Source: a virus
Virus record (IMG/VR): IMGVR_UViG_3300037466_003065
Span: 120,788 to 184,787 of that record
Direction: 5' to 3' (one strand)
DNA: 64,000 nt
Made by a program: the position numbers and the translations under genes. How positions within the stretch are numbered: position 1 is the first letter of the stretch; each line of letters starts with the position of its first letter. Under the pieces are notes generated by a model. That model was not told the origin of the DNA and did not search any database. It worked only from the letters and a program-made list of their open reading frames with translations. This document shows, piece by piece, positions 35,773-43,437 of the stretch.

Positions 35773-36060
35773 AAAGAACATGCCTGCGCACGCTCTAGTC
35801 GACGGTCGCTCTTTGCGTAGGGTATGGGCTTATCCCAATGGGGCACCTAGGCACGTACATCGCCTAGGGGTTCTACCCACGTTGACCGCTTGACGTCTCA
35901 CGACGTAGGCGGGGTTCGGTGCGGCTGCCGCACCGTCAACGGGCATCGCGTTTTGTCCACCTAGACCCACGACACGCGGCGAACCGCGTAACGTGAGCGG
36001 GGGTTTCTCCCACGCGACCCACACGAACACGACCGAAGATTTCAAAGAGCAACATCACGA
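35773..36060 (-). ncRNA. structured 5' segment of the same putative transcript
   Basis: Hairpins ACGCGG-TTCG-CCGCGT (35974-35989), CGGTGCGG/CCGCACCG (35917-35935), ACGTC-GTGA-GACGT, CCTAGG/CCTAGG; no credible ORF. Confidence 0.5.
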
Positions 36061-36089
36061 GGCACCAGTTAGACGACTGCGGCGAATCC

Positions 36090-36378
36090 GGCAGAGGTGC
36101 GCGGGGTGGGGGGCTTTGGGATCGGGCGACCTGGTCGGCCTGGCCGACCTATATGGGCAGGCTTTCACATAAGGGTCAGGCCAAACTCAAAATGGGCGGG
36201 GGCCTCTCCCAATCACATCTGCGAACATGGATCAGATCGAAGGGCGGGCTCGAAAATTAGGCGGGGGCCAGAGTCACATGACCATGACACAGGGGGCGGG
36301 GGTGGTCTGAGCTGGATCGAAAGGGGCGGGGGCGAGATGGGGTCGGTTCAAAATTTTACGGGGGAAGGGTCGAAATAA
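36090..36378 (+). other. G-tract-rich strand-switch block (possible genome end/pac region or G-quadruplex)
   Basis: More than 15 runs of GGG or longer on the plus strand, interspersed with TCAAAAT/TCGAAA motifs. Confidence 0.4.
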
Positions 36379-36426
36379 TCAGGGGCATGTTCGGGTTTCT
36401 GTTGTTCCACTCACAATTAGTTCTAC

Positions 36427-36819
36427 GTGGAACACGAGCTCATCCTTATGTTCCACAGGGGAACATCCGATGTCGGGGGCATGGATTTCAACACGGGCTA
36501 CATCATGGGGCTGGTCGTTGGCGGGGGCTGCTTCACGATCCACCAGAACAAGAAGAGTGGGCAGGTCACACCGACGTTCAGCCTGAAGCTGCACGAGCGG
36601 GACTACCAGCCACTACTCGACCTGCAGAAGCTGTTGGGAGGGACGATCTACGGGCCCTACAACCACCAGAAGCGGAAGTATCGGGCGCTCTTCGTGCGAG
36701 GGGCTGATCTGGCGAAGGCGATCCCTGTGTTCGACAACTACCTGCCGAAGAGCCACAAGAGGGATCAGTTCTCGGCTTGGTTGGAGCACGAACGGGTCAG
36801 GGTGCTGTGGCAGAAATGA
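36427..36819 (+). CDS. single-motif LAGLIDADG homing-endonuclease-like protein, probably catalytically inactive
   Basis: GYIMGLVVGGGCFTI helix (acidic metal ligand replaced by Gly), FSLKL strand, LLDLQKLLGGTIY, IPVFDNYL..SHKRDQF; start may be 36448 or 36481. Confidence 0.75.
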   Translation: MEHELILMFHRGTSDVGGMDFNTGYIMGLVVGGGCFTIHQNKKSGQVTPTFSLKLHERDYQPLLDLQKLLGGTIYGPYNHQKRKYRALFVRGADLAKAIPVFDNYLPKSHKRDQFSAWLEHERVRVLWQK

Positions 36820-36820
36820 A

Positions 36821-36901
36821 GGCCCAGAGGAGGGAGTCGAACCCTCGGTGCGTGTCAAGCACTAGCCGCTGCGTCCGTGCCGTTGGTAGACTTCACTGGG
36901 C
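36821..36901 (-). tRNA. non-canonical tRNA-like element (anticodon ambiguous)
   Basis: 8-bp acceptor GCCCAGTG/CTCTGGGC (1 mismatch), D-arm GTCT/GGAC with GG in the loop, T-arm GAGGG-TTCGACT-CCCTC; irregular anticodon arm; no encoded CCA. Confidence 0.5.
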
Positions 36902-37047
36902 AGAAGAAACATCGGGCGGCCAAGGTCTTCTTCATGAACTGAGAGCTGCCTCACCGATAACTCTCCTGTCTCGCAGATCACCCACCTTCGAGACAAAGCC
37001 CGAACCCTGCGGCTACTCCCATGGTCGCATGGTTTTTCTTTGCGCAT

Positions 37048-37080
37048 AAAAGAACCCCGCTGTGTGGGTGATCAGCGGGG
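37048..37080 (-). terminator. intrinsic terminator
   Basis: CCCCGCTG/CAGCGGGG stem, then TTCTTTT. Confidence 0.7.
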
Positions 37081-37144
37081 CGCTTTCCCTACCCGACCGG
37101 GCCTGATAGCAACACACCACCAGGTGGGGATCCATGTCGGGCAG

Positions 37145-37366
37145 CTAATTCTGTGCTGCGTGCAGTGACGCGAGTAGCTCGTCGACGACGGCGGTTGTAA
37201 TCGAGTTCCGGGCCTGACGCAACGCCTCGATCGCCTGGTCGATCTGGTCTACGTCAAGGGTGCCGTCGAACCCGAGCAGGGTGACCGTGAAGTGGGCGGC
37301 ACTGGTGCCACTGGTCAGGGGGGACTGCTGGACGTGGGCCTCGAAGCCTCCGTGCATGATGAGCAT
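37145..37366 (-). CDS. hypothetical protein
   Basis: MLIMHGG... after AAAGGAG. Confidence 0.65.
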   Translation of the reverse strand: MLIMHGGFEAHVQQSPLTSGTSAAHFTVTLLGFDGTLDVDQIDQAIEALRQARNSITTAVVDELLASLHAAQN

Positions 37367-37392
37367 GGCACTCCTTTGCTGAAGTGGCACGC

Positions 37393-37420
37393 ATCATACC
37401 GGGGGCAACTATCATGTCTA
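37393..37420 (-). promoter_or_regulatory. sigma70-type promoter
   Basis: TAGACA-N16-TATGAT. Confidence 0.55.
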
Positions 37421-37440
37421 TCAGAAATTTGTAGGGAGTT

Positions 37441-38022
37441 TTACCCGAGGCCAGTCTCGTGCGAGTCGAGACTCTCGTTCTCGCCACCGATCGAGAGCCG
37501 CAGGAAGTCGTGGGCACAAGGGCCGTCATGACCCTTGGTGCGGGTGCAGGCGGCATAGCCGGGCGTGGGAGGGATGGAGCCGCAACGGGGGAGGGGATGG
37601 GGCAGCTTGTGCGGAGCCGATAAAGCGGCGGGGTGGATACCCTCGACGTGGTTCGGGTCGAGGGTCGGCACCTCGACTCGCGGGGCCTCATACACTGCGG
37701 GAGCCAAGAAGCTGAACCCACGCCTGACCGTGACGGCCATGTTCTCCTGCTGCTCCTGCAGACCGGGAGGGAGCTCGATCTTCGCGCCGGGCAAGAACTT
37801 CTCCTTGAAGTAGGTATCCAGCCCCGCGAAATTTTCGATAGTCGCCGGAATCGTGACCCGCAGGCCGCACCGGTCGCAGAACAGCGCCTTCGCCGTCGCC
37901 GTCGTCTGGTGGCACGAGACCAGGCCGCCGCAGGTGGTGTGGATCCCCGCGCCGAACGCGTTGATCTTCTCGTGGGGCATGCCGAACACCGACAACCGAT
38001 CGCCGTCCGTGGAGATAATCAT
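37441..38022 (-). CDS. Zn-ribbon hypothetical protein
   Basis: HTTCGG...FCDRCG; start MIISTDG is uncertain. Confidence 0.55.
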   Translation of the reverse strand: MIISTDGDRLSVFGMPHEKINAFGAGIHTTCGGLVSCHQTTATAKALFCDRCGLRVTIPATIENFAGLDTYFKEKFLPGAKIELPPGLQEQQENMAVTVRRGFSFLAPAVYEAPRVEVPTLDPNHVEGIHPAALSAPHKLPHPLPRCGSIPPTPGYAACTRTKGHDGPCAHDFLRLSIGGENESLDSHETGLG

Positions 38023-38067
38023 GGGGGCATTAGACCCGTAGGGAGAATTGCCTGCAAGGGGGTGATG

Positions 38068-38153
38068 TGTCCCATTTCTGCGACAGTCCCAGAACTGCGA
38101 CAGTCCCAGTTTTGCGACAGGGTAGAAATCCCTGGTGTCGCAGAATTGGGACA
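38068..38153. repeat. second cluster (4 copies) of the 18-bp motif
   Basis: 38068-38085, 38085-38102 and 38102-38119 in tandem at 17-bp period; 38136-38153 is an exact inverted consensus copy. Confidence 0.9.
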
Positions 38154-38551
38154 CCGTTTCCTGCTCCGGCCAATAGCCCCCTCTTTATCCCTGACCCTGG
38201 CAGAGCGTGCCGGGCCAGTCGATATCTCCCCCTCTGGGGGATGGGGCATCTACCGGATGAGGGGTAGAGGGTGGTCTCGTTCGTCACCAGGAAAGGAGTC
38301 CGGGGCTTGGGTCAGGTCGTGGTTCGTCAGGGGGGAGACGTTGGCCACACTGGATTTAGTTGCCCGGGAAATCTGGTGCTTCGTGCTGACCCTGTAAAGG
38401 CACGGTTTCTGCCGTCCTAAGTATCTGCGCTTTCAGCCTGCGCTACGAGCGGACGGTCTCGACATGCTCGTCTTGACCACAATGGATTGTCTCGGGAGAG
38501 TCGGCTGGATGATCCCCTCCACTTCAAAATTTTGAATTGCCCGGAAAGCTC

Positions 38552-38579
38552 TTGATAATCCCAAGGGGATTACTACGAT
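38552..38579 (+). promoter_or_regulatory. sigma70-type promoter with overlapping palindromic operator
   Basis: TTGATA-N16-TACGAT; TAATCCC-AAG-GGGATTA inverted repeat in the spacer. Confidence 0.55.
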
Positions 38580-38647
38580 GGCCTCGCCGCGTATGTGGCC
38601 CCGCCGACCTTTTGGTCGATGAAGATTTCGAAAGCCGGATTTAACGC

Positions 38648-38797
38648 ATGGAACTGACCCTGACCATCATTGGGCTCGTCGTCGCGATCTGTGTCGCCGC
38701 GTACCTCGGCGGCTGGTTCGGGCTGGAGGTCGCCTCCGACCTCTTCGAGGCCCTGTTCGAGATCATCGTGGCCATCTCGTGCGGAGACACCGAATGA
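38648..38797 (+). CDS. small membrane protein (49 aa)
   Basis: MELTLTIIGLVVAICVAAYLGGWFG...; ATGA overlap with next gene. Confidence 0.6.
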   Translation: MELTLTIIGLVVAICVAAYLGGWFGLEVASDLFEALFEIIVAISCGDTE

Positions 38798-39006
38798 CCC
38801 AGGAACGTTTCGACCGCCACGCCGAACGCCTCGACCGCGTCTTCCTCTGGGCCCTGGTCGTGGGCTTCACGTCGTTCATGGCCGCGTACCGGTGGCCCCG
38901 CCTGATCTGGGTCACCGTCACCGCCGGCGGCGTCGTCTTCGGCGTCGTGCTGGCCGCCCTCGCACTCACGCTGGTGGCGACGCGAAGGGGGCTCCGCACG
39001 TGGTGA
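38794..39006 (+). CDS. two-TM small membrane protein (holin/exclusion-like)
   Basis: Two hydrophobic segments and a basic C-terminus. Confidence 0.6.
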   Translation: MTQERFDRHAERLDRVFLWALVVGFTSFMAAYRWPRLIWVTVTAGGVVFGVVLAALALTLVATRRGLRTW

Positions 39007-39350
39007 AGCAATACTCCCCCATCCGCTGGAACAAGGGTGCCGCCGGGGCCCACCTCCCGCTCTGGGGTGAAGACCTCGAGACCCTCCGGAGGCAATACCC
39101 GGTCGGCGCCACGGTCAGGTTTGCGATCAACGGCGTCCTGTACGAGGGGAAGATCTTGCAGGTCGCCGAGTGCTTCCCGTGCCGGGTCTGGGATCGCAGC
39201 GGCGAGGAGGAGAAGCTCGTCCCCGCGATCCGCCGGTACATGTGCTGGATGAGCTGGACGCACAAGCGGGGCAAGGACTGGATCGAGATGCGGCCGATCA
39301 CGCAGTTGCACGTCGCGTCGAGCGAGGAGGTCGTTCCCGATGTTGACTGA
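39003..39350 (+). CDS. hypothetical protein
   Basis: GTGA-coupled start; VKQYSPIRW... Confidence 0.6.
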   Translation: MKQYSPIRWNKGAAGAHLPLWGEDLETLRRQYPVGATVRFAINGVLYEGKILQVAECFPCRVWDRSGEEEKLVPAIRRYMCWMSWTHKRGKDWIEMRPITQLHVASSEEVVPDVD

Positions 39351-39588
39351 GGAAACACTAGACATTGCGGGCCGGAAGCTGATCGAGCGGTTCGCCGCCG
39401 GCGACGCGACCCTGCGTCACGACTGCATTGCGGTCTACGACGCCGCCATCAGGCGGCACGCCGCCCAGGATCCGTCGCTCGAGCTGGGCGACGACTTCCA
39501 CATGATCTTCATGCAGGAGATCGTCGCCCCCGTCCCCGACCTCGCGCGTCGCGCCGAGGCCCGGGGCAAGGTTACCGGGAGGCTCTGA
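39340..39588 (+). CDS. hypothetical protein
   Basis: GAGGAGG RBS. Confidence 0.7.
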   Translation: MLTEETLDIAGRKLIERFAAGDATLRHDCIAVYDAAIRRHAAQDPSLELGDDFHMIFMQEIVAPVPDLARRAEARGKVTGRL

Positions 39589-40730
39589 TGGGTCGCCGAG
39601 CTCGCAGTGACGCTCGCCGTTCCGACCCGGCCACGGCCGCGATGGTCAGGCAGTGGGAGCCGCTCGCCTTCCTCTGTGCGGGCCGCGTCTGGGGCAAGGG
39701 CCACCAGGTCTCGTCGTACGAAGACGTGCTCAGTGCGTCGCTCGACGCGCTCTGGCGTGCGGTCGCCCGGTACAGGCCCGACGACGAGAGCGGGGCGTCG
39801 TTCAAGACGTACGCGATGCGGTCGTGCCTGAACAACGCGATGCGGCCGATCGCCGAGGCCCTGAAGCCCCGGGTGCGGGTGTTGCCACCCCACGAGAGGC
39901 TCAATCCCACGTACCACTCCCCGACCTGTCCGAGCGTCATCGACGACCTGGTCGAAGAGGAGCGGCGGCAAGAGCAGATCGCGTTCGTCCGGCGGGCCCT
40001 TGAAGGCTTCATCGAGCGAGACCGGGCGATCGCGCTCGAGTACGTGTCCGGCACGGCCGGCGAGTCGCTGGAGTCGATCGGCAAGCAGCACGGCGTGACG
40101 CGAGAGCGCGTTCGCCAGATCGTGAACAAGGTCAAGCTCCACGTCGCCGAGGCGTGGAAGAAGGAGCAATCGTGTCGAAAATTTGGACACCACCCCCAAC
40201 CCGAGACCAGGTCGTCGCCCAAGAGCGTGAGCGACAACGCCAGCTCGACCAGCTCCGCAAAGAGAGGGTCAAGCAGCTCGTTAAAGACCTTCGAGAGAAA
40301 GGGGCCGACGAGATCAGTGATCCCGAGGGTCGCGACAAGGTCAGGTCGGTCTGCCGCATGCTCTTCAGCAAGTCCGGCCGTTGCATCCTCCCCGGCCCCG
40401 ACCTCAAGCTCGACGACGTCGCCCGCCTCATCTCCGACGTCCTCCTCGGCGACGGCGCCGAATACGAGGTGCCCACGTGAGCTTCAAGGATCTCAAGCCG
40501 GGCTGGAACCCCAACCCACACTTCGAGACGGAGGGGACAATCGTCGTTGTGGCGTGGCACGCCGCACAGTACGCTCCCCGCGACCCCGACCTGTGCCGCC
40601 GGCCAAAGCTGTTGCGGGCCCGGGACATCTGGGTCGCGAGGGACGTCAGCGAGAGCTATGTCGCCAAGCCGCGAGTCTACTGGAGCGACGGGGTCGAGAT
40701 CAGCGACCGCAACCGCAAGGGGCTCAGTAA
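39588..40730 (+). CDS. sigma70-family RNA polymerase sigma factor (core about 39588-40170; long read-through tail)
   Basis: Region 2 EDVLSASLDALWRAVARY...SFKTYA; region 4 HTH SLESIGKQHGVTRERVRQI. Confidence 0.8.
   Translation: MGRRARSDARRSDPATAAMVRQWEPLAFLCAGRVWGKGHQVSSYEDVLSASLDALWRAVARYRPDDESGASFKTYAMRSCLNNAMRPIAEALKPRVRVLPPHERLNPTYHSPTCPSVIDDLVEEERRQEQIAFVRRALEGFIERDRAIALEYVSGTAGESLESIGKQHGVTRERVRQIVNKVKLHVAEAWKKEQSCRKFGHHPQPETRSSPKSVSDNASSTSSAKRGSSSSLKTFERKGPTRSVIPRVATRSGRSAACSSASPAVASSPAPTSSSTTSPASSPTSSSATAPNTRCPRELQGSQAGLEPQPTLRDGGDNRRCGVARRTVRSPRPRPVPPAKAVAGPGHLGREGRQRELCRQAASLLERRGRDQRPQPQGAQ
40172..40480 (+). CDS. hypothetical protein
   Basis: GTG after AAGGAG; phage codon bias. 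Confidence 0.7.
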   Translation: MSKIWTPPPTRDQVVAQERERQRQLDQLRKERVKQLVKDLREKGADEISDPEGRDKVRSVCRMLFSKSGRCILPGPDLKLDDVARLISDVLLGDGAEYEVPT

Positions 40731-40797
40731 ACGCATTCAGGCCCGCATCGAGCAGGCCATCCGTGATTCGAGACGAGTAGCAGGAGCAGGACGATGA
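40477..40797 (+). CDS. hypothetical protein
   Basis: GTGA-coupled start after GAGG. Confidence 0.65.
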   Translation: MSFKDLKPGWNPNPHFETEGTIVVVAWHAAQYAPRDPDLCRRPKLLRARDIWVARDVSESYVAKPRVYWSDGVEISDRNRKGLSKRIQARIEQAIRDSRRVAGAGR

Positions 40798-41132
40798 GCG
40801 ACATCCTTGATCAGTACCCCCTCCCCTGGCGGGTTGAAGAGACGAGCGACAGCCCCAATACGATCGTCGACCGCGACGGAGACATCGTCTCCACGTTCGA
40901 CAACAACGCCCTCGGCCGGGCACTGGCGGATAAGGTATGCGAGCAGATGAACAGGGCAGCACCGGTGGTGGGCAGCGCGTCGAACCTGACGGTGGCGGAA
41001 CTGGTGTCGAAGACGGACGACCTGGTCAGGCGGGCGGCGCCGCCGGTGGAGGAGAACGTCCCGCTGACCCCCGAGTCGGCGTTGGAGAGCCTCAAGCGGC
41101 GGATGTCGCAGCGGCTGGAGGAGAGCGCCTGA
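40794..41132 (+). CDS. hypothetical protein
   Basis: ATGA overlap; AGGAG/AGGA upstream. Confidence 0.65.
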   Translation: MSDILDQYPLPWRVEETSDSPNTIVDRDGDIVSTFDNNALGRALADKVCEQMNRAAPVVGSASNLTVAELVSKTDDLVRRAAPPVEENVPLTPESALESLKRRMSQRLEESA

Positions 41133-41264
41133 ATTGGTGGGAGGCCGGCGGGTCGATGGACGGGACGCTGTGGGAGAGGTTTGCCGACCGCGTCTTCGAC
41201 CCGGGTGCCGAAGCACGTTTTCGCCAAGAGTATCTCGGCACGTTCGAGCCGATGAGGGAAGAGG

Positions 41265-41960
41265 ATGTTGTTGACGGAGAAGAATCCTTGGTTCGCGACA
41301 CAGGAGGCGGTCAACGCGAAGTGCCGCGAGTTCCAGCACGTCGCGAAGGCCATCGCCTATGAGCGGTGGGATCGGTGCAGGCACCTCTGCCCGCTTGAGG
41401 ACGTCGACTCGTGGGCGATGGAGGCGATGGCGCGGGGGATCAAGACCTTCGCGGAGGGGTGGGGCTCCTGGGAAGCCTACGTCCGCATGTGTATCCACCG
41501 CGAGGTCGGCACCCAGTTCCGCGAACTGATCGCCCGTCGCGAGACCCGCAGGCGACACAACTTCCGCATGGCCTTGGTCACATGGGTCGACGATCACGGC
41601 CGCGAGAAGGGCGAGCTCGTGGCGCCGGCCGCACCCCAGGAGTCCGCGTACGACCAGGAGACCCGCGAGCTCTCGGCGGCCGTCATGCGGATCGCCGACC
41701 AGATCGCCGACAAGAGAGTCCGCGACATCTTCTTCGCGTACTGGACGGAGGACGTCACGTACGAGGAGCTGGGCGCACAGCACGGGTGTACGCGAGAGAA
41801 CATCCGCCGCCTGCTCGAGCGGGCGTATGCGGAGATCCGGGGCTTCGCACTCCAAGATCCCAACTTCAGAGAAGTGATGGCCCGCAACACAAAGATCAAG
41901 CGGGACGTGCTGGGGCGGGTGCGTCGTGCGGCGGCGAACGTGATCAAGGGTGTGGCGTGA
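41265..41960 (+). CDS. second sigma70-family sigma factor
   Basis: EDVDSWAMEAMARGIKTF...WEAYV (region 2); VTYEELGAQHGCTRENIRRLLERA (region 4). Confidence 0.8.
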   Translation: MLLTEKNPWFATQEAVNAKCREFQHVAKAIAYERWDRCRHLCPLEDVDSWAMEAMARGIKTFAEGWGSWEAYVRMCIHREVGTQFRELIARRETRRRHNFRMALVTWVDDHGREKGELVAPAAPQESAYDQETRELSAAVMRIADQIADKRVRDIFFAYWTEDVTYEELGAQHGCTRENIRRLLERAYAEIRGFALQDPNFREVMARNTKIKRDVLGRVRRAAANVIKGVA

Positions 41961-42172
41961 GCGGCGACCTGGTCGTCGCCGACGAGTCGCTCGAATGGAT
42001 TGAGCCGGACTCCGCGACCCTCTTGAAGCGGAGCGTCTTCCCTTCGTTCAGGGAGCTGTGCGAGATCTTTGGCATTCCTCCGAACCTCGTGGTTCCCGCA
42101 GATGAAATCATCGTCCCCACCTTCCCCGAAGGTCTCCGTCCGGCTCCGTCGCCAGTTCGACGCGATCCGTGA
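41957..42172 (+). CDS. hypothetical protein
   Basis: GTGA-coupled start. Confidence 0.4.
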   Translation: MSGDLVVADESLEWIEPDSATLLKRSVFPSFRELCEIFGIPPNLVVPADEIIVPTFPEGLRPAPSPVRRDP

Positions 42173-42350
42173 GGAGATGGTCTCGATCGCCGGCGCCGCG
42201 CAGCACGCCGACCCCGCCGTCCGCAAGCGAATCCTCAAGCTGTTGAAAGCCGAGCACGAACGTCTCGAGGTCGTGCACAACCACATTGGCCAAATCGAGT
42301 TGCTCGAGGACTACATCGAAAACAAACGCAAAAACCGCAAAAACCAGTGA
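42102..42350 (+). CDS. hypothetical coiled-coil protein
   Basis: Codon-biased ORF; start uncertain. Confidence 0.5.
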   Translation: MKSSSPPSPKVSVRLRRQFDAIREEMVSIAGAAQHADPAVRKRILKLLKAEHERLEVVHNHIGQIELLEDYIENKRKNRKNQ

Positions 42351-42396
42351 AAAACGTCGATTTGGAGCCGTTTTCCACTGGTTTTTGCGGTTTTTG
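42329..42396. repeat. 28-bp A-tract inverted repeat (hairpin/cruciform, possible bidirectional terminator)
   Basis: 42329-42356 vs 42369-42396, 27/28 match, 12-nt loop. Confidence 0.85.
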
Positions 42397-42711
42397 AGAC
42401 TTTTCTGCTACGCCCGTTTGGGGCCCTCTGTAGCCACTGGCTCATTCCTTTCGACAGAGGTCGCCTCCCCGCTCGCGCGTGCCATTAAATATCGGACGTT
42501 GGCCGCTCGGGCCTTGAGTCGCGAAATCGAACACTTTTCTCTAACAGGCGTATACTTTACGAAAACCTCGCATTAACTTACTATTATGCAGTATTGTAAA
42601 CTTGCATAGATTACAAATGCAACGCCGTCGCCGCGTCATCCTGTAATACCAGAGCGTCAACGTGGCCGTTTTGCCTCGATGCCACGGCGTGAAACCTGAG
42701 AGATTATTTCA

Positions 42712-42739
42712 TTGATTTCTTTTGAGCGGCCCGTACACT
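42712..42739 (+). promoter_or_regulatory. sigma70-type promoter in AT-rich intergenic region
   Basis: TTGATT-N16-TACACT. Confidence 0.4.
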
Positions 42740-43011
42740 TCCCCCTCAGTTGATCGCAAATGCCGTAGCTGCGATCAGCTACGTGACCCAACAAATTAGA
42801 GCCGTGGCGGGCGACACTTCTCATACTTCAGGGAGGCATGCCCGCCGCCGCAGGCCGAAGAAACGTCGTACCGCCGTCCCTTCTCCCTGCCGTGACCCGT
42901 CGCCGTGAGCCGCGAGGGCCCGACTCCGAATGCTGGATCCCGGAGTGGTGAACGAGATGAATAGGGTCACCTCGCAGCTATGAAAGCTGTATAGGCAAGG
43001 GAAGAATAGGC

Positions 43012-43407
43012 ATGCGTTGCACGATGTCCGTGTCTGCTGTCGCTACGTCCAAACCCGCCAGCATTAACCTCCCGTGGCGACCCATCGACTTGCTCCCCGA
43101 GATCTCGGCCACGGGGCCGACGAAGCCGGTGGTGGTCAAGGTCAGGGGGAACAACCTGGTCGAAGTCGTCCAGCTCACCACGCTCTGGACGGCCAAAGAC
43201 CGGTGCGTCGTCCTGTATTTTCCGTCCTTCCAATCCAGGCCGCTCGTGGGCGACGCCAGCGACCCCGAACCGTTCGGCCTGTCGCGGGACGAGTGTTACG
43301 ACCGCCGGGGCGCCCAGTGCTGGTGTCCCTCCCGCCGGTTCATCGACGAGGTGATGGAGTTCTTCTCGGACAACCCCCTCGTTTCTTGCGATCAGTCTGC
43401 GGGCTGA
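43012..43407 (+). CDS. hypothetical protein
   Basis: ORF; LPWRPIDLLP motif. Confidence 0.6.
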   Translation: MRCTMSVSAVATSKPASINLPWRPIDLLPEISATGPTKPVVVKVRGNNLVEVVQLTTLWTAKDRCVVLYFPSFQSRPLVGDASDPEPFGLSRDECYDRRGAQCWCPSRRFIDEVMEFFSDNPLVSCDQSAG

Positions 43408-43437
43408 CGCTGCCGATATGAGAGTGGAGACACTCTC

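Noticed and set aside
33614-36060. Group I or group II intron, RNase P RNA, or rRNA fragment
   Set aside because: No interrupted host gene, no recognisable domain V or paired P7 elements, no GAGGAAAGUCC. Short 16S-like words (GGGCGTAAAGC, GGAGCAACGC) are isolated and not collinear with rRNA.
36097-36378. Gly-rich plus-strand ORF
   Set aside because: Artefact of the G-tract composition; no RBS or codon bias.
36821-37110. tmRNA or a functional amber-suppressor implying stop-codon recoding
   Set aside because: No tmRNA 5' end or tag ORF. The CUA loop lacks U33 and has only a 3-bp stem. Genes end normally at TAG (e.g. 34973, 46875) and are intact in the standard code.
41154-41362. ARFRQEYLGTF peptide resembling a terminase motif
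   Set aside because: Too short, overlaps the sigma gene start, and has no other terminase motifs.
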